From assembly GCA_965113315.1 (NCBI GenBank), contig OZ220371.1: 64,000 bases of DNA; one strand, 5' to 3'. The stretch is from Podarcis vaucheri (lineage: Eukaryota). A program made the position numbers and the translations under genes. Positions 12,711 through 25,439 of the stretch are shown one piece after another. The notes beneath the pieces were generated by a model. That model was not told where the DNA came from. It made no database searches and worked only from the letters and a program-made list of their open reading frames with translations. Positions within the stretch are counted from its first letter, which is position 1. Each line of letters starts with the position of its first letter.

Positions 12711-13348
12711 TGCGTTATGGTTGTACATAGACCTTTTATTTCAAACCTGGGAATTTTTCAGTGTCTCCACATACACGGAAAGTCCCAGTCCTTAGCCCGT
12801 TAGTGGTTTGTATTATACCCAGACAGACGCTGGGGAAGAAGCTTGGAAAGATCTTGAATAATGAAGCTGCCTTCTGTCGAGTTAACCCAGGATCCTGCCA
12901 GATCAGTGCTACTCTGATAAGCAACAGAGGCCTTTCCCTGTACTTCTTTAAGTGGAGAAGTAAGGATTGAACCTGGGACTGTCTGCAAGTAAGCGTACGT
13001 GCTCTCATGTAGCAGGTACTGCCAGGTATTGCTGAGTGCCTGGAGGCTCTTCTGCGGGGCTGCAGTTTCACACAGGCGCTCACCTCCAGGCTAAGAATTC
13101 TGCCTGGCCCTTACGGAGGACTGACATTTACCCCCTGAACTTTGCTTTGCTGGTCTCTGCTTCCTGCCTTGCTTTGCCTTTTCCGTTACAGCCCTCCAGC
13201 CCTCACATGCACACCAGGTGAATACCTCCAACATGTGTAGAAAACGCCCTTGTCCCAGTTCCCATTAAATCCACTGTTGGGGTTTCGTTAGGGAGAAGAA
13301 TTATGCCACTTTCCCTGGGATTGGTAGAGGTGTAGAGTATACACTCAC

Positions 13349-13427
13349 GTGCAGTCTGTGGCTCACTTTTACGACCGCTAGTGCCTCCCATACTCTTCTG
13401 TAGATCTGGAATGTGCCGTTTTTGCTG
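13349..13427 (-). CDS. FOXM1: FOXM1 coding exon 6
   Basis: tag|CAGCAA (NAGNAG acceptor) QQKRHIPDLQKSMGG...TA-R, donor C|gtgagt. Confidence 0.85.
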
Positions 13428-14374
13428 CTACATTAGTTTTAGATTAAGAGAGACAAGAAAACAAAAGTTAGAGAAGCTGCAATTTCCCAGCTGCTTTGTA
13501 TGGATCCGGAGGGCAGTGCTGAACTAATATAAGGAATTTAACTGCCACAGAGCTATGGGGCAATATGTGTCACCTCCTGCTGCAAGCAGACACCCTTGTA
13601 TTTGCTGACTGTCACCCCACAAACCCCACAGAGCCTGACAGAGGTGGCACAACAGAACTCCTTCCACAGCTGTCCTTCAGGCAGGAAGGGGGGTGGAGAG
13701 AGAAAAGAGCTGAGTTTGATAACTCTCACTGCCTGAAGAAATAAAGATAAAAAGATTAATTGTGCAGTGTGTTTCGTTCTACCCAAGTTCAACATGCTTG
13801 AGCACAATGGCAGAAGAAAAGGAGCAGCAGCAAGCAGAGACAGCGCCAGTTGATACACGGAGTCAGTCATACTAGCTATTTGCAAGATTATGGAAAAGAG
13901 CTTTTAGTTTCAGTCCTATCAGCATTGTTGGCTGCTGTCAGGATGCAAGCGATGATGCCATGAGCCTGCCCTCCACTCACCCCCCCATTGTGCTCTCTCT
14001 CACCGTGTTCTAGAAAGATATATTAAGAGGCTTCATTTGCTCCTTTAAACCAAGCATTACAACAGAAATAATCTAAAAATGCACTTGCAGGTGTGCTTTT
14101 TAAAATGTACTGAAAACCCACCATTTGACCAAATATTTCCTTGTGCCCCAAATTAATAGGCGGTGAATAAACTTAAGTATCCACTCATCGGTCCGAGTAG
14201 CATGACTGTAGGTAGCCAAGGCGGCCCCTGCATTTTCCACACGCTTGAAGGAGGCACAAAAGGGGAAGCTGCAGGGGGATCTCAGCTCTGACTAGTAAAG
14301 CAACCTCTATACATCTGCAGGCACCGAAAGAGGGAAGAAAGAAACCCAAGCCCAACCAGGAGGGAAGGTCTTAC

Positions 14375-14419
14375 TGATTCCAAGAGCCCGGGTGATGCTG
14401 GTGACTGCACATCCAGTGG
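14375..14419 (-). CDS. FOXM1: FOXM1 45-nt exon (equivalent of alternative exon Va/A1)
   Basis: cag|CCACTGGAT...TTGGAATCA|gtaag encodes PLDVQSPASPGLLES, homologous to human PLDPGSPQLPEHLES. Confidence 0.85.
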
Positions 14420-15282
14420 CTGGTGGTGGCCAAGTATACAAAAGGAATGAAAAGGAAATTGTCAGCTAAACCGGAGAACAAAGGAACATTTGGGCACAGC
14501 AGACAGTACAGAACAATCTGTGAGTCCTCAGTGAGAAAGTATGCTGAAAGTTTTGTACAATACCAAACGCTTCCAGAGCTTCCAGTGATCAGAAGGTTAG
14601 CCCTGTTTGAGGCTAGATTGGGGGAGAACAAGGAACAGGCTCTTTACAACTAAAACTTTTAAAATAACCAGGCCAAACCACAAAGCGGGTTTCCAGGTTC
14701 ATGCAACCCTCCGCCCCCAAACATAACTTTCTCTTAGCGAGGAAAGAAGTGTGGGTTGTCCATAACAATCCATGGAGAAATGGCAAAAATTAGCCCCTTT
14801 TCTTCTTTACTTAGGGTCTTGAGTCTTGAGGTGTGTGTCATTTTTAAAATTTTGCCAACCTTTATACACACAACTCATTTGCATCTACAAGGCACTGGAG
14901 TGCAAGGCTTCTGTATGCAAATAAGCTGTGGATTTGGCTTAGAAGAAACCTGAGACATACTTTGTACGGAGGTAATCCAAACCTCTGCCTAACCTCCAGC
15001 CTGAAGCATTAACAGGCTGCCTCTCTGTCAGCCAAGCCCTTTACAAACTGCAATGACAGGTAACGATCTGGATTTGACATTTTTTGAACATTTGTGAAAA
15101 ACAAACTTTTCAGATGAACGCATTTTGCCTGAGGGTAGACATACTGTTACCCATTGACTACTATGTTAATATATCGGATTTCTCCATTAATTCCTAGTTT
15201 TCCCAGTTTTCATCCCAATGTTTAAAAATGACTTCTCAATGGCGACCAGGAATTCATGTGTCTAGTCTATAGAGGTGGGGAC

Positions 15283-16110
15283 CATAGAATCATGGCAGAG
15301 TTGGAAGGGACCCAAAGGATCACCGGGTCCTATCCTGCAATGCAGGAATCACAGCTAAAGAATTCCAGACAGATGGCCATCCAAGCTGTTTAAAAACCTT
15401 CAATAAAGGAGTCCACTACCTTCCAAGGTAGTCAGTTCCACTGTCAAACAGCTGTCAGATAGTTCTCCTGCACACATTCTAGCTTGTCATTATCCTTCTT
15501 AAATTGCCCAGAACTGGTTGAAGTATTCCTGGTGGGGTCTGACCAAGGCAGAATAGAGTGGGACTCTTCCTTCCCTTGATCTGGACACTAGACTTCTGTT
15601 GATGCAGCCTAGAACAGCATTAGCTCTTTGCTGCTGCATCATGCTGTTGAGTCATGCTTGTGGATCCTTTTCACATGGCAAACCAGTTGTCCCTGATCTT
15701 ATACTTGTGCATCTGGTTCTTCCTGCCTAAGTGCAGAACCTTTCATCTGTCCTATTGAAATTCATGTTGTTACTTTTGGCTCAGCTCTCCAATCTGTTAT
15801 CCTGATTCTGTCTTCCGCACCCAGTTTGGTGTCTTCTGCTAATTTGATAAACATGCCTTAAATTCCTTCATCCAAGTTGTATATAAAGATGGAGAACAAC
15901 AACGGGCTCAGGACAGAACCCTGTGGCACCCCATTTGTCACTTTTTTCCAGGATGATGAGGAAATATTGGTAAACACTCTTGGGGTTCGGTCAGTCAACC
16001 AGCTACAATTCCACCTAACAATAATCTTCTGCAGCCCAAATTTTACCAGCTTCTCTGCAAGAATTTCATGGAGGACTTGTGTCAAAAGGCTTACTGAAAT
16101 CAAAGTATGT
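15283..16110 (-). mobile_element. CR1 LINE 3' fragment
   Basis: RT motif [17 protein letters not shown] and the CR1 3' end (catagaatcat...gagttggaagggacc). Confidence 0.8.
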
Positions 16111-16464
16111 TAGCTCCACATCCTGTGGCCCTCTGGATACTCCTGGACTACAATTCCCATCATCCCTAACCGTTGGCCATGGGAGTTGAAGTCCAGCAAC
16201 ATTTGGAGGGCCACATGTTCCCCACACTTATCCAGACAATGAGATAGCATTCCTTAACCCTTTTAAAAGGTTTATAGCCACACCAGTACTTAAGACTTTC
16301 CTTTCTGTGAATTCAAGTGATCCATTTCCCTTCTAATACCAAACCTAGGTGATCCAATGCTCACCAGCATGTCTTCACCTGCCTCCTCAGAATGGAAATA
16401 GCCAGGTGCTTGAGAAATCAGGAATTGGTAGGGCAATCTCCTTTTCTGCATGAAAGGTACTTAC

Positions 16465-16593
16465 TTTGAAAACTCGGTCCAGTGTCAAATAGCGGTTGGC
16501 TTCAGGGTGAATGGTCCAGAATGAGATTTTGCCATTGGCAGATGTCTCTCGAACGAACATGTCATGAAGAGAAAGATTGTGCCTTACACAGCT
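16465..16593 (-). CDS. FOXM1: FOXM1 coding exon 4 (second half of forkhead domain)
   Basis: catccag|AGC TGT GTA AGG CAC...TTC AAA|gtaagt, 129 nt, encoding SCVRHNLSLHDMFVRETSANGKISFWTIHPEANRYLTLDRVFK. Confidence 0.95.
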
Positions 16594-18225
16594 CTGGATG
16601 GGAAAGGAGAAAAGCTTGCTGTTTTTTTGTTATCAGTGGATTCTTCAGATGAAATCTTGATAATTCACAAAGACCTTGGCTTTGAATCCTCTGTATCTAC
16701 AGGGGCTGTGCCCCTGCCACATTCCCCACTTTAACCCCCTAGGGCTTCCTCTTCCCGCCCCATGCAACTGCTGAGATCACTTTTCACCTTTCCAACCCAA
16801 TTTTCAAGCCACTTCTCTTCTGTAGCCCTACTTTGCACCCATTTTCACCTTTACCCCCATGTCCATGACTCCTCCTCCTCCTCCTTTTGTGCAAGCTCCT
16901 TTGCACACAAACCAGCCCCATGGCAACCTGATGCATCTTGCTCCTCCCACACATTGTACTACTAAGCACCCTTTTTGCCTTCTGCTCAATTTTGAAGTGA
17001 CCACCCCAATATTCTTCAGACCATTTCATGCCCCTGCTTTCATCTTCACTCCCATTCCTCCCTCTTTGCTCTCATATTTTCATCTCCACTCCCCTTTTCC
17101 GTTCACCCTCCTTACTTTTCTCAACTCTCCCTTGCACCGACCACCCCGCATTTCCATGCCTTATCCTCTCCCCTCTGGCACAGCCCCATCTGCCCACACT
17201 CCCCAATGCTGATATCTGTTACTGTACCTTTAAGACGAATGGCTTCTTAAGAGCAAGCCTTTGAGTTGGCTTGTTCAGTGGGAGAAGATTAAATTCAGTT
17301 GGTGAATGTTGTGTTTATATGGAACTTTGCTTGTTAATAAAATATCCCGTCTAAATTACTGTATTGAATCTGGAACTGGTACCAGGAGTGAAATACATTA
17401 TGTGAAGGTACTGTGACATATTTGAGGGCTCTGCATCTTTGATCTCTCTTGCACAAGGCAGTTGAGCAACAGGGCAAAGTTTAAAAGAGCCCTCGTTCAG
17501 TGCTTCTCCCTCCTTGCTTTATTCAGACAAGAAGTCTGAGTAAAGTTGAGAACTATTCCATTTAAGGTAACATCTGGTGATACGGGGGTTCTGTTTGTGG
17601 TGATTATTAAGTGGCGACTTCTTTCTATATGCAAACAGATGCTTGGTTTTGGAGTCAGGAACTGATGAGCATGCATGTCTGAACCAGGAGATTTTGCTTC
17701 CCAATTTAAGTAAGCTGTTTTGTGGTTCATTTCATATTCTGAATTCACTTCCATGGCCCCAAGGCCAGTTAATACTTATAGTCATCACTTCACGGCTGCA
17801 GTACAAATGGATGTTTTCCATATAAATGTGAACAATCCATCAGAAGTCAAGCAGCACATATAATATGCTGCAGTAAAGTCGCTTCACACAAACCACTGGA
17901 CCCACAAATGCTAAATGATCAAGTGATGCACACTGATGTGTGCCTTTCTTACATGCAATTGCTTCCACAATAATTTAGAACAGCGTAACACAGATGGCAG
18001 GTATATACACTCTCTCCCCCAGGAATTTGTGGGCAAGGCATTGTAAATATACAGTATGGCAAGAGACCATAAATGAGTGAATAGAACCTCACATGCATAC
18101 TAAAAACACCAGGCTCATCAAGATTGTTAATTTCTGCAATAATGCAATTCCACAAAGGGTTCACATCAATGCCTGTTCATATCAAACTGCTTTTCATCCT
18201 CGTTTCATTAGCTATGTGCATATGA

Positions 18226-18260
<35 letters not shown>
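18226..18260. repeat. (TG)n microsatellite
   Basis: Direct reading. Confidence 0.9.
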
Positions 18261-18268
<8 letters not shown>

Positions 18269-18700
18269 CTGCAATTCTGCACAGGTATCAAGAAAGCACA
18301 GAAAGTGAAATAAATTGTACAGCAAAACTTCCTGAGAACCTCAATTTTCTTACAAACGAAACAAGAAAAAATACACAACCACAGGTTTGTAGCATTTCTG
18401 GCTGAAAAGATGTTCACCCACTTGGAAGGAAAATGCCTGCAGAAATCTCAGAAGCACAGGTGTGGAATAGGAGTGCATAGCTCCTTACCCCTCCTTGTGA
18501 TAATACACTCGAGGAATTATTCACAATATGGACCTATAACAAAACACTGCAGTGCAGGCTGCTCCTTTTCAGTGCTTCCATTAGTTGGCAAGGCTCCCCT
18601 CCGTTCTACCTGCCTTTGTCTTCCCCTTGACCTCACAGTCAGCATTACATGGCTACTGAGAAACCCCCCGGCCTGTAGTCTCCCCCCAATGTTTTTTGTA

Positions 18701-18938
18701 CAGTGGTATCTCTACTTATGGATGCGATCCGTTCCAGGGTGCCGTTCGCACCCCGAAAATGTCCATAAGTAGAGTGCCGCTTCTGCACATGACGCAATAG
18801 AGTGCTCCTGCGCATATGTGAAGCGTGCAGAACTCTTCTGCCTGTGTGGCAAAACTCGGAAGTATACACTTCCAGGTTTGTCGCGTTCGCAACCTGAAAA
18901 TACACAACATGAACCTAACACAACTAGAGGTATGACTG
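18701..18938. mobile_element. Tc1/mariner (Tigger-like) MITE
   Basis: TA|cagtggtatctcta...tagaggtatgactg|TA terminal inverted repeats with TA TSD. Confidence 0.7.
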
Positions 18939-19238
18939 TACTTCTCCAAACCTTGGGGTGCCCCCAAGCCTGCTACAGACTGAACATAAGAAACAGGGGG
19001 AATCCTATTCAAAACAAGAAAAACAGAATTCTGCAAAAGCAGATGAATTATGTTAATGTGCTTAATTTCTATGGTTAATGTAAGTTGCAGGGTTCTGCTT
19101 TTCTTGGAACAGCATTTTAATTTTTTTCCTGCAGAATACACATAGCCCTGGTAACATTTGCACCTGAAGGGAGAAAACTGACAGTTGTTTGCGTAATGCA
19201 CTTTCTCCCCTGGCTTTTCAGGTCACGGTGTTTGCTAC

Positions 19239-19439
19239 CTTCCAGCCGGGCTTCGCTGCATGCTTGAAATAAGGGAAATGGTCCTCAATCCAGGTGTAGA
19301 TATCTTTCAGCATCATGCGCTTCTTCTCAGTGCTGTTGATGGCAAACTGGATCATGACCATATAGGAGTAGGGGGGACGTTCAGAGAAGGACTCCTGCCA
19401 TGAGGTCGTAGAGGAAGGCGCTGCAGAACCTTCCTTGGC
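19239..19439 (-). CDS. FOXM1: FOXM1 coding exon 3 (first half of forkhead domain)
   Basis: SWQESFSERPPYSYMVMIQFAINSTEKKRMMLKDIYTWIEDHFPYFKHAAKPGWK; boundaries tcag| and |gtag. Confidence 0.95.
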
Positions 19440-21285
19440 CTGACAAGAAGACAAGAAGACAAGAAGAAGGGTGCGGGGCCTGTAGAATGTTAGTTATATG
19501 AAGAGCTTCTGGATTTTGATGTACCAAACAGTGAACCTCTGAATAGGTTAGGGTTAGCCATTTTAATGGGCAAATATTTAAAGTCCACGGGGCTGCTTCC
19601 CTGCTTGCCAACCCCCACTCGTGAAGCCCCCCCCCCCCCCCGCTCCTCAGAGAAAGGAAACCTTTTTGGCTCCATGAGTGAGATCTTTACTTTGATTGGC
19701 CCTCTTGGCCAAATCTGACAGGTGGGTGGGGCTAAAACAATGGGAGTGGGCAGGGGATACAAACCCTGCTTGAATCAGGAGCGGGCTTGGATGGAATCCT
19801 AGCAAACTGAGCAGGATTAAACCTCCATTCATCTTGAATGCTGATGACATTGAAATGAATTGCAGGGGCTCTAGCAACAAGGTAAAATGTAAGATTGGAT
19901 TAATAATAGATAAACTAATAGGACACGAATTTGCTGAATTAATTATTAAAAGGGATACAAGAACGGGAGACGTGAGGAAGTCAGGAAAATAAGTTAACTA
20001 AAGATGAAATTAAGAAAGAGGGAATTTTTGTTTTGTTTTTTCTATATGTGTTTTTCTTTTTCCGTGTTTAAAGTGTGTATTTTTGTATTATGTAACTTTG
20101 TATTTTCTCTGTCTTTGTATTTTTCTGAACTTTTTTATTGTTAAAACTTAATAAAATATTGATTAAAAAAAATAAAAAATAAACCTCCATTCATCAAAGG
20201 ATAAGCAGGGGTGAAATCCTGCTCAGTCTGACTGTGAACCCATGTTCTTCCTGTGCATCTCACCCAGACAGCACTTCTGCCTCAGGAGCAGGGAGGTGCA
20301 GAGTGGTGGCAGAACAGGACGGCTTTAGGGAAGCTGCCCCAGCCTGCTCTAATACTTCTTCTGCCTGCATCTCCCTAGTCCTCTTCTCTTCTCAAGGTCC
20401 ATTAGCAAAGCATTTCACAGAAGTCTGTTGCAATACTGTAATTCACAGGCCTACCTGTGGCCGCCAGCCAAACTGCAGCATGGCAACGGTCTTACCTTCT
20501 TATGCTATGTACGGTTAATTTAGCAGAAACATATCATTGAGGCTTACATTAGGAAAACCCAGGTTTCCTTAGTGTGTTTGTGAAACTACATAGTCTGTGT
20601 GCTGCAGTGAACAGAATGTGGGGCATGAGTCAGGTTTAAATTCCTCCCAAGCAACAAAGCTGCTCACCGCATGACCCTGCACCAGCTGTTCTCTCCCTGG
20701 TGAACGTCAAGGTGGGATTGCGATGCAATAATTGCAATCCATTATTATTTATAGCATTATGCAAATATGAATTAAAGCAACCCATACGCTGGGAAGAAGT
20801 AGCCTGCCGTTGCTATCAGGTGAAAGAAAGGTGCACTTAAGAATGAAGGTTCCCATCTAAGCAAGGACATTTCATGGAACATTTGGCACCATAAATATAA
20901 ATATCTGCAGTGTTCAGCCAGTTTGCAGTGAGCCTCCTTGCCCATACAGGGTTGCAGTTACCAATCCAGAGATCTCCTCTGCACTTTAAATTGTGAAGTG
21001 CCTGAAGATAAAAAGTCGACAGCAGCTTATCCCACGCTAGAAGCACTGCTGGTCCTTCTGTCTACCTCCTTCCCTCCCTCCCCTTAAGTCCTGCTCACTA
21101 CAATGGGTAGAAGGGGGCAGGCAGACCAACACTGGGACATCAGCAGATGAGAGGGGTCTCTGCAGCCTGGTCTCAAGAGAGCGCAGGTACAAGAGGAGTC
21201 TCTGAATTGCAGCCTGGCCCTATGCACAGACAGCTGGCCCGGCTTCTCTTTCCTTGGCTGTTATTTGGCTGCACACCTTGCTTAC

Positions 21286-21419
21286 CTTAACAGCTTTCTG
21301 CTTGGGGGTCTGGTTCTCCTTCTCTGTCTCCTTTTTCACACTGCAAGGTTTCAGTCCACTATAGCCCATATTGCCCAGCCACAGAATGTTAGTCAGACTG
21401 TTGTCTGCCTCCGCACTGC
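21286..21419 (-). CDS. FOXM1: FOXM1 coding exon 2
   Basis: DNSLTNILWLGNM...KKETEKENQTPK (KEN box); ctag| and |gtaag, phase 1 to phase 0. Confidence 0.9.
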
Positions 21420-21653
21420 CTAGATAAATACAAACTCTTAAGTTCTCATTCTGTAGTCCTAGATTCCCAAAAGAAGGCTTCCAGCTTGAGCCTTAAGCAG
21501 CAGAGTTCAGAGTTTTAAGTAGAGAGAGGCCCACAATGGAGTTTGGGAAGCAGCACTTGAAATAAATTGAGCTTCACATACTGTCGCTGCTCAGTCCCAT
21601 GCACAGTTATGGTTGCCAACATGTTACTGGTCCTGCTTCTGTGCCTTGAAGTA

Positions 21654-21945
21654 CAGTCTGACAGACAGAAATTTAAGAATGTAGATATTATCGTTGAAGG
21701 AGAACAGTCAATCTCGGTTGTCGAACATAATCTGTACTGGAAGACCATTCAACTTCTGAAATGTTCAGCAACTGAGGCGCAGCTTCCGACTGGTTGCAAG
21801 AGCTTCTTGCACTCAAGCAGAAGCTGTGTTGGACATTTGGGTTCCAAAAAACGTTCGAAAACCAGAACATTTACTTCCGGGTTTTCAGCGTTCGGGAGCC
21901 GAAACATTCGAAAATGGAGCCGTTTGAGAACCAAGGTTTGACTAT
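21654..21945. mobile_element. Tc1/mariner MITE remnant
   Basis: CpG-rich interior (ttcgaaaaccagaacatttacttccggg) related to the element at 37159-37390; end ccaaggtttgacta. Confidence 0.5.
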
Positions 21946-22473
21946 ACTAGATTCTATTCCCATTATTATATGTTGTAATTCCTGGAATGCAAGGGGTTGG
22001 ACTAGATGGGTCCCCTCCAACTCTATAATTCTATGGTGCTATGATTTTACCAGTCTTTTATGAATCTTTAGTAAAAGACAATATATAATTTAAAGATTGG
22101 AAACTGACATCCACAGATTTAAACCATAAGCTCCCCCACTTTTGCTATGTTATCTTTAAGGCTGCCTCGTCCCTTGCCTGGAAAGATTTGTTCTAATTCC
22201 ACCACAATTTTTCCTGCCTACCACATTCAAAGTAGCAGAATTGTGACCTCCTCCATTTACTATACTCATTCCATAATAATAATAATAATAATAATAATAT
22301 GCCCCTGTCTTTGCTCTGAACCCGGTGCAAAGAAATCCATTTCCCCAGCAGAGGAAATGTAACAAACACCTTCCCCTGTACCTCTGCCTTTCCTACCCAG
22401 GCTGTCACAGCAGATTATATAGTACATGGTGCAAAGCACCATTCGGTCACAGCCTGCTGTCATTTTCATATTA

Positions 22474-22817
22474 AAAAGGTAGAGGGACCCCTGACCATTA
22501 GGTCCAGTCGTGGCCGACTCTGGGGTTGCGGCGCTCATCTCACTTTACTGGCCGAGGGAGCCAGCATACAGTCATGTGGCCAGAATGACTAAGCTGCTTC
22601 TGACGAACCGGAGCAGCGCACGGAAACGCCATTTACCTTCCCGCTGGAGCGGTACCTATTTATCTACTTGCACTTTGATGTGCTTTCAAACTGCTAGGTG
22701 GGCAGGAGCAGGGACCCAGCAACAGGAGCTCACCCCGTCACGGGGATTCGAACTGCCAACCTTCTGATCAGCAAGTCCTAGGCTCTGTGGTTTAGCCCAC
22801 AGCGCCACCCGCGTCCC
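22474..22817 (-). mobile_element. Sauria SINE
   Basis: Reverse copy of the SINE at 3705; TSD tcattttcatatta on both sides. Confidence 0.85.
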
Positions 22818-23472
22818 TCATTTTCATATTACTCGCACATAGAGACACTTCTACTTTAATTGCCAATTACAGGGTAAATTGAATGGGGCTATATATCTCT
22901 GGCCTCATGCTCTGCACACTTGCCACTCTCAAGTGGCAACTTTAGAGATGGGAGACTATGAGGAGTGCACTTTGCACACAAAAAGAGCACTTTGTACAGA
23001 ATAGCAATCTGTTGTGAGGACAGGCTAACGCCTCTCTGCTTAGAACAGGTTCCCTGCTTCAAGACTCCAGGGCACAAGCACCCAACAGCACCCTCCACTC
23101 CACCAACCAGGGGCGCCAGGACAGAGCACTGCACACAGGTAAACAAGGGAACATATAATACCTGGTACACTTTCCACCACCACCCTCTTTGCCATTTTGG
23201 AATACTGTATTTTGCACCAACTCCTCTCTCCTAAAAGCAGTGCTTTTGGGGTTAAAAAAGAGATGCTAGTACTCGCATCTTGATATATGCATTGTTGGTG
23301 CCAGCACAAAAGAGGTGATGGTACTCCATACTGGTGAGTAGACCCAAAATGCACTGCCTAAAAGCCACCCTTCCCCCCCCCCCGAATAGGCCCTGTCCCT
23401 CCCCCCATCAACTAGCAGCAGTCAAGCAAAGAGAGGGCTGCCCCATGTGTCATAAGAAAAAGAACTACATAC

Positions 23473-23863
23473 TGTTTTCTTCCGGTTCTCGTCCATCCAT
23501 AGACAGCAACTCTTCCATTAATGCAGAGCTTTGCCCAATGTGCTTTTCATCCTCTCCTGCCTTGTCGTGGGCAGTGCTGTGCTCCTCATCAGATTTGAAA
23601 AGATTCTTGAACTCTCTTCTCTCCACCTGGGCATCTGACAAGGTCGGGTGGTCTATTATCTTAATCCCCCCCACAGGCACTTCTCGATTTCCGGGTTCCG
23701 TTTTGTTTGTACCGTGCTCCTTAGGATTTGCTTCTTCCTGCTTAGGAGACCCAACATTCTGGCCACTTGGCTCATCTCCTGCTAAGGTGCTCGCAGCATC
23801 GCTATGTGGGAAAGACAGCTTCCGTCTCTTGAGAATCAGGGGCCTGTGAGGGCTGCTCTTCAT
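23473..23863 (-). CDS. FOXM1: FOXM1 first coding exon (N-terminal domain, shortened)
   Basis: ATG at 23863: MKSSPHRPLILKRRKL...GGIKIIDHPTLSDAQV. Donor A|gtatgt at 23472; exon acceptor at about 23910. Confidence 0.93.
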
Positions 23864-25055
23864 CCTTGACCTGTGCAGTCAATCTCCATTGAGGACAGAA
23901 TGAAGGAACCTGAAAAACACAAAGAACAACATTTCTGTCCAGTTATGAGAACATGTGACAAATTGCGAGGGAGTGTCTTGAAATCAGCTGCTAGGTTTCC
24001 TGCAATATGCTTTTTAAATAAATGAATGGTGTTCTACAGTAGGAATCTTCAACCTTTTCAAACCTTGGGTCCACATTTAACCCAAACATGTTTTTGAGGA
24101 TCCATTTCTTGATATTGTGCCCCACCTTGAACCAGTGGGTCTCGCCCCGCTACTCTACCTCAGGATCAAATAGTAAATGCAGTAAACACAGTAAATGCAG
24201 ATATGCAAAATAAGAGCTGATTAATGATACATATGCAACATCAAAGTTTCAGAAACAGTACATCTCTGAATATCATTCGATGGGGAGCAGCACAAAGGCT
24301 ACTGCCTCCCAGGCCCTGTTGGTGGCTTCCTAAAAGCATATGGTTTGCCACTGTTGTTATGCATGGACTGGGTTGCCTATGGTATGATAGCTAGATCAGG
24401 CAAGGAAAGTTTTCTAAACTGCAGTTTAGAACTGGATTCCCCTCTCCCTTTGGGAACATTAATGTGCTAGAAATGACCAGCCCAGATATGAACAGTCAGG
24501 CAGCTACTAACTTTTCATTTGGACCAGTAACTTTTGTGGTTTGTGTGCAAGACTTAGCAAAATTAAGGAAATAAAGAAATTAAAGCTCAGAATAAGACTA
24601 ATTTCCTTATTGTTGGAGGGAATGTGCTATCAGGCTTTCTCATTACCATAAAAAATATGCTGCTAACTATAAAAGTTTAGATGGGATGTGAGCAAATAAA
24701 CTGCAGCTGAATTCAGAAAAGATGGAGGTAAAGTTAGTGGGTAATTCAAAGGACTGGGCAGGTGGCATTCTGTTCTGGATGGAGTGGCACTCAAAGCTTG
24801 AAGGTGCTGTTTGATCTGGCATGAATTGCTTTCCACCCTGTTGGACAAGTACATCAAGTGCAATTCCTCCTGGACAGCCTAGAGGGCCCCATCTGCCTGC
24901 CCTCCTGAGGTCCCAGACCTAAAGAAAAGCAAGCGGCAAAGAGCAGGAGATGGGCCTTGGAAGCGCTGGTTCAATTACACCCAAGTGCCTGACACTTTTG
25001 TCTTTAAGCACTAAGATTTTAATCCTATTGCCAATGTGTTTTTACTGCTCTACTA

Positions 25056-25308
25056 CAGTGGTGCCTCGCAAGACGAAAAGAATTCGTTCCGCGAGTCTTT
25101 TCGTCTTGCGATGCTTTTCGTCTTGCGAAGCACGGTCCGTCGCAACTGCGCCTCTTCAAGCGGCTTTTTAAAAAAAGCGCAAGACGTTTTCGTCTTGCGA
25201 AGCAAGTCCCTAGGGAAATTCGTCTAGCGAAGCAACCCAAAAACGGAAAACCCTTTTGTCTAGCGAGTTTTTCGTCTTGCGAGGCATTCGTCTTGCGGGG
25301 CACCACTG
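25056..25308. mobile_element. Tc1/mariner-type palindromic MITE
   Basis: TA|cagtggtgcctcgcaagacga...tcgtcttgcggggcaccactg|TA, with internally repeated ttcgtcttgcga. Confidence 0.8.
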
Positions 25309-25439
25309 TAGTTTAAACTGTTTCTGAACTGTTTAATTTTGATTTTTTTAAAAAAATATATATCTTCAAGCTGCTCTACATCTGCGAGCACTAATACTGA
25401 GGGGTAGGATATCAATCTCATATCTAGCTTATTAACTAA

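Noticed and set aside
9134-23863. Calling FOXM1 a pseudogene
   Set aside because: No stop, frameshift or broken splice site over 2208 nt, and the promoter motifs are intact; relaxed selection remains possible.
25056-25308. Regularly spaced ttcgtcttgcga repeats resembling a CRISPR-like array
   Set aside because: Enclosed by TIRs with a TA TSD, so a mariner-type MITE; vertebrate DNA with no cas genes.
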